Shown: positions 63,684-64,000 of the stretch, piece after piece | Position numbering within the stretch: position 1 is the stretch's first letter | Layout: the number at the start of each line of letters is the position of its first letter | Virus record (IMG/VR): IMGVR_UViG_3300044695_008209 | Span: 1-64,000 of that record | Direction: 5' to 3' (one strand) | DNA length: 64,000 bases | Source of the DNA: a virus | Translations under genes and position numbers: made by a program | The notes under the pieces: model-generated | Seen by the model: only the letters and a program-made list of their open reading frames with translations | The model's database searches: none | Told to the model about the DNA's origin: nothing

Positions 63684-64000
63684 ATGGGCCTCCTCCTGCG
63701 CGCCTTCGAGAAGCGGGCGACGGGCAGTGTTCTGCCGGTCGCGCCGCCCGTGGCTGCGTCTGCGCCAGCCACGCTGCCCGCACCGGCGGCAGGCGTGCAG
63801 TGGCATCCGGACTGGGCACCAGAGGGCGGGTGGCAGGAGCCCGGGAACGCGAAGGGCTGGCGCCGCCCGGCGCAGGAGGGGAGGCGGAAGGAACTCTTCC
63901 TCTGGGACCAATGGAAGAAGGGCGGGCAGACTCCGGAGCTGTCGGCGCCCCTCCTGAAGTCCCTGCGGCCGGTGATCTACTCGCAGGGCGTCCGCGCCTG
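63684..64000 (+). CDS. partial gene, possible sigma-factor-like protein
   Basis: Manual translation: MGLLLRAFEKRA...KELFLWDQWKKGGQTPELSAPLLKSLRPVIYSQGVRA, open to window end. Confidence 0.4.
   Translation, partial: MGLLLRAFEKRATGSVLPVAPPVAASAPATLPAPAAGVQWHPDWAPEGGWQEPGNAKGWRRPAQEGRRKELFLWDQWKKGGQTPELSAPLLKSLRPVIYSQGVRA

Noticed and set aside
1-64000. CRISPR array or DGR template/variable repeats
   Set aside because: No regularly spaced 25-45-nt direct repeats, no long near-identical repeat pair, and no cas or reverse transcriptase gene seen.
1-64000. Alternative genetic code (stop reassignment)
   Set aside because: TAG, TGA and TAA all terminate well-formed genes, and coding density is high under code 11.

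Overview
Fragment of a large, high-GC (~68-70% by eye) tailed bacteriophage genome in standard code 11. No CRISPR array, integrase or canonical tRNA was seen. Layout: (i) 1-36.6 kb is almost all minus strand and packed with small accessory or early genes, including a C5 DNA methyltransferase, HNH and GIY-YIG nucleases, a GyrB/ParE topoisomerase subunit, an M15 endolysin, a 2H phosphoesterase, a 5'-nucleotidase, a MazG-like protein, a SLOG protein, an L7/L12-CTD fusion and an XRE regulator. (ii) 36.7-46 kb is plus strand, with regulators, a probable tail-chaperone pair with a -1 slippery site, GroES and probable virion proteins. (iii) 46-54.7 kb is mixed, with a thermonuclease, SspB and an ATP-dependent DNA ligase. 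(iv) 54.8-64 kb is plus strand, with a tape-measure-like protein, baseplate/tail genes with an internal M15 peptidase, and a possible sigma-like gene cut by the window edge. The most striking unexplained structure is non-coding. A junction module, [GC hairpin]-TTAGC-(3-50 nt)-YGGNCATAAG-6/7 nt-GAGGTGAAC-ATG, cuts the accessory region into gene cassettes. The same promoter drives a 228-nt tRNA-shaped RNA with a ~150-nt insertion, a ~390-nt pseudoknotted leader and a small T-loop RNA. All protein family calls come from motif recognition by eye, not database searches.
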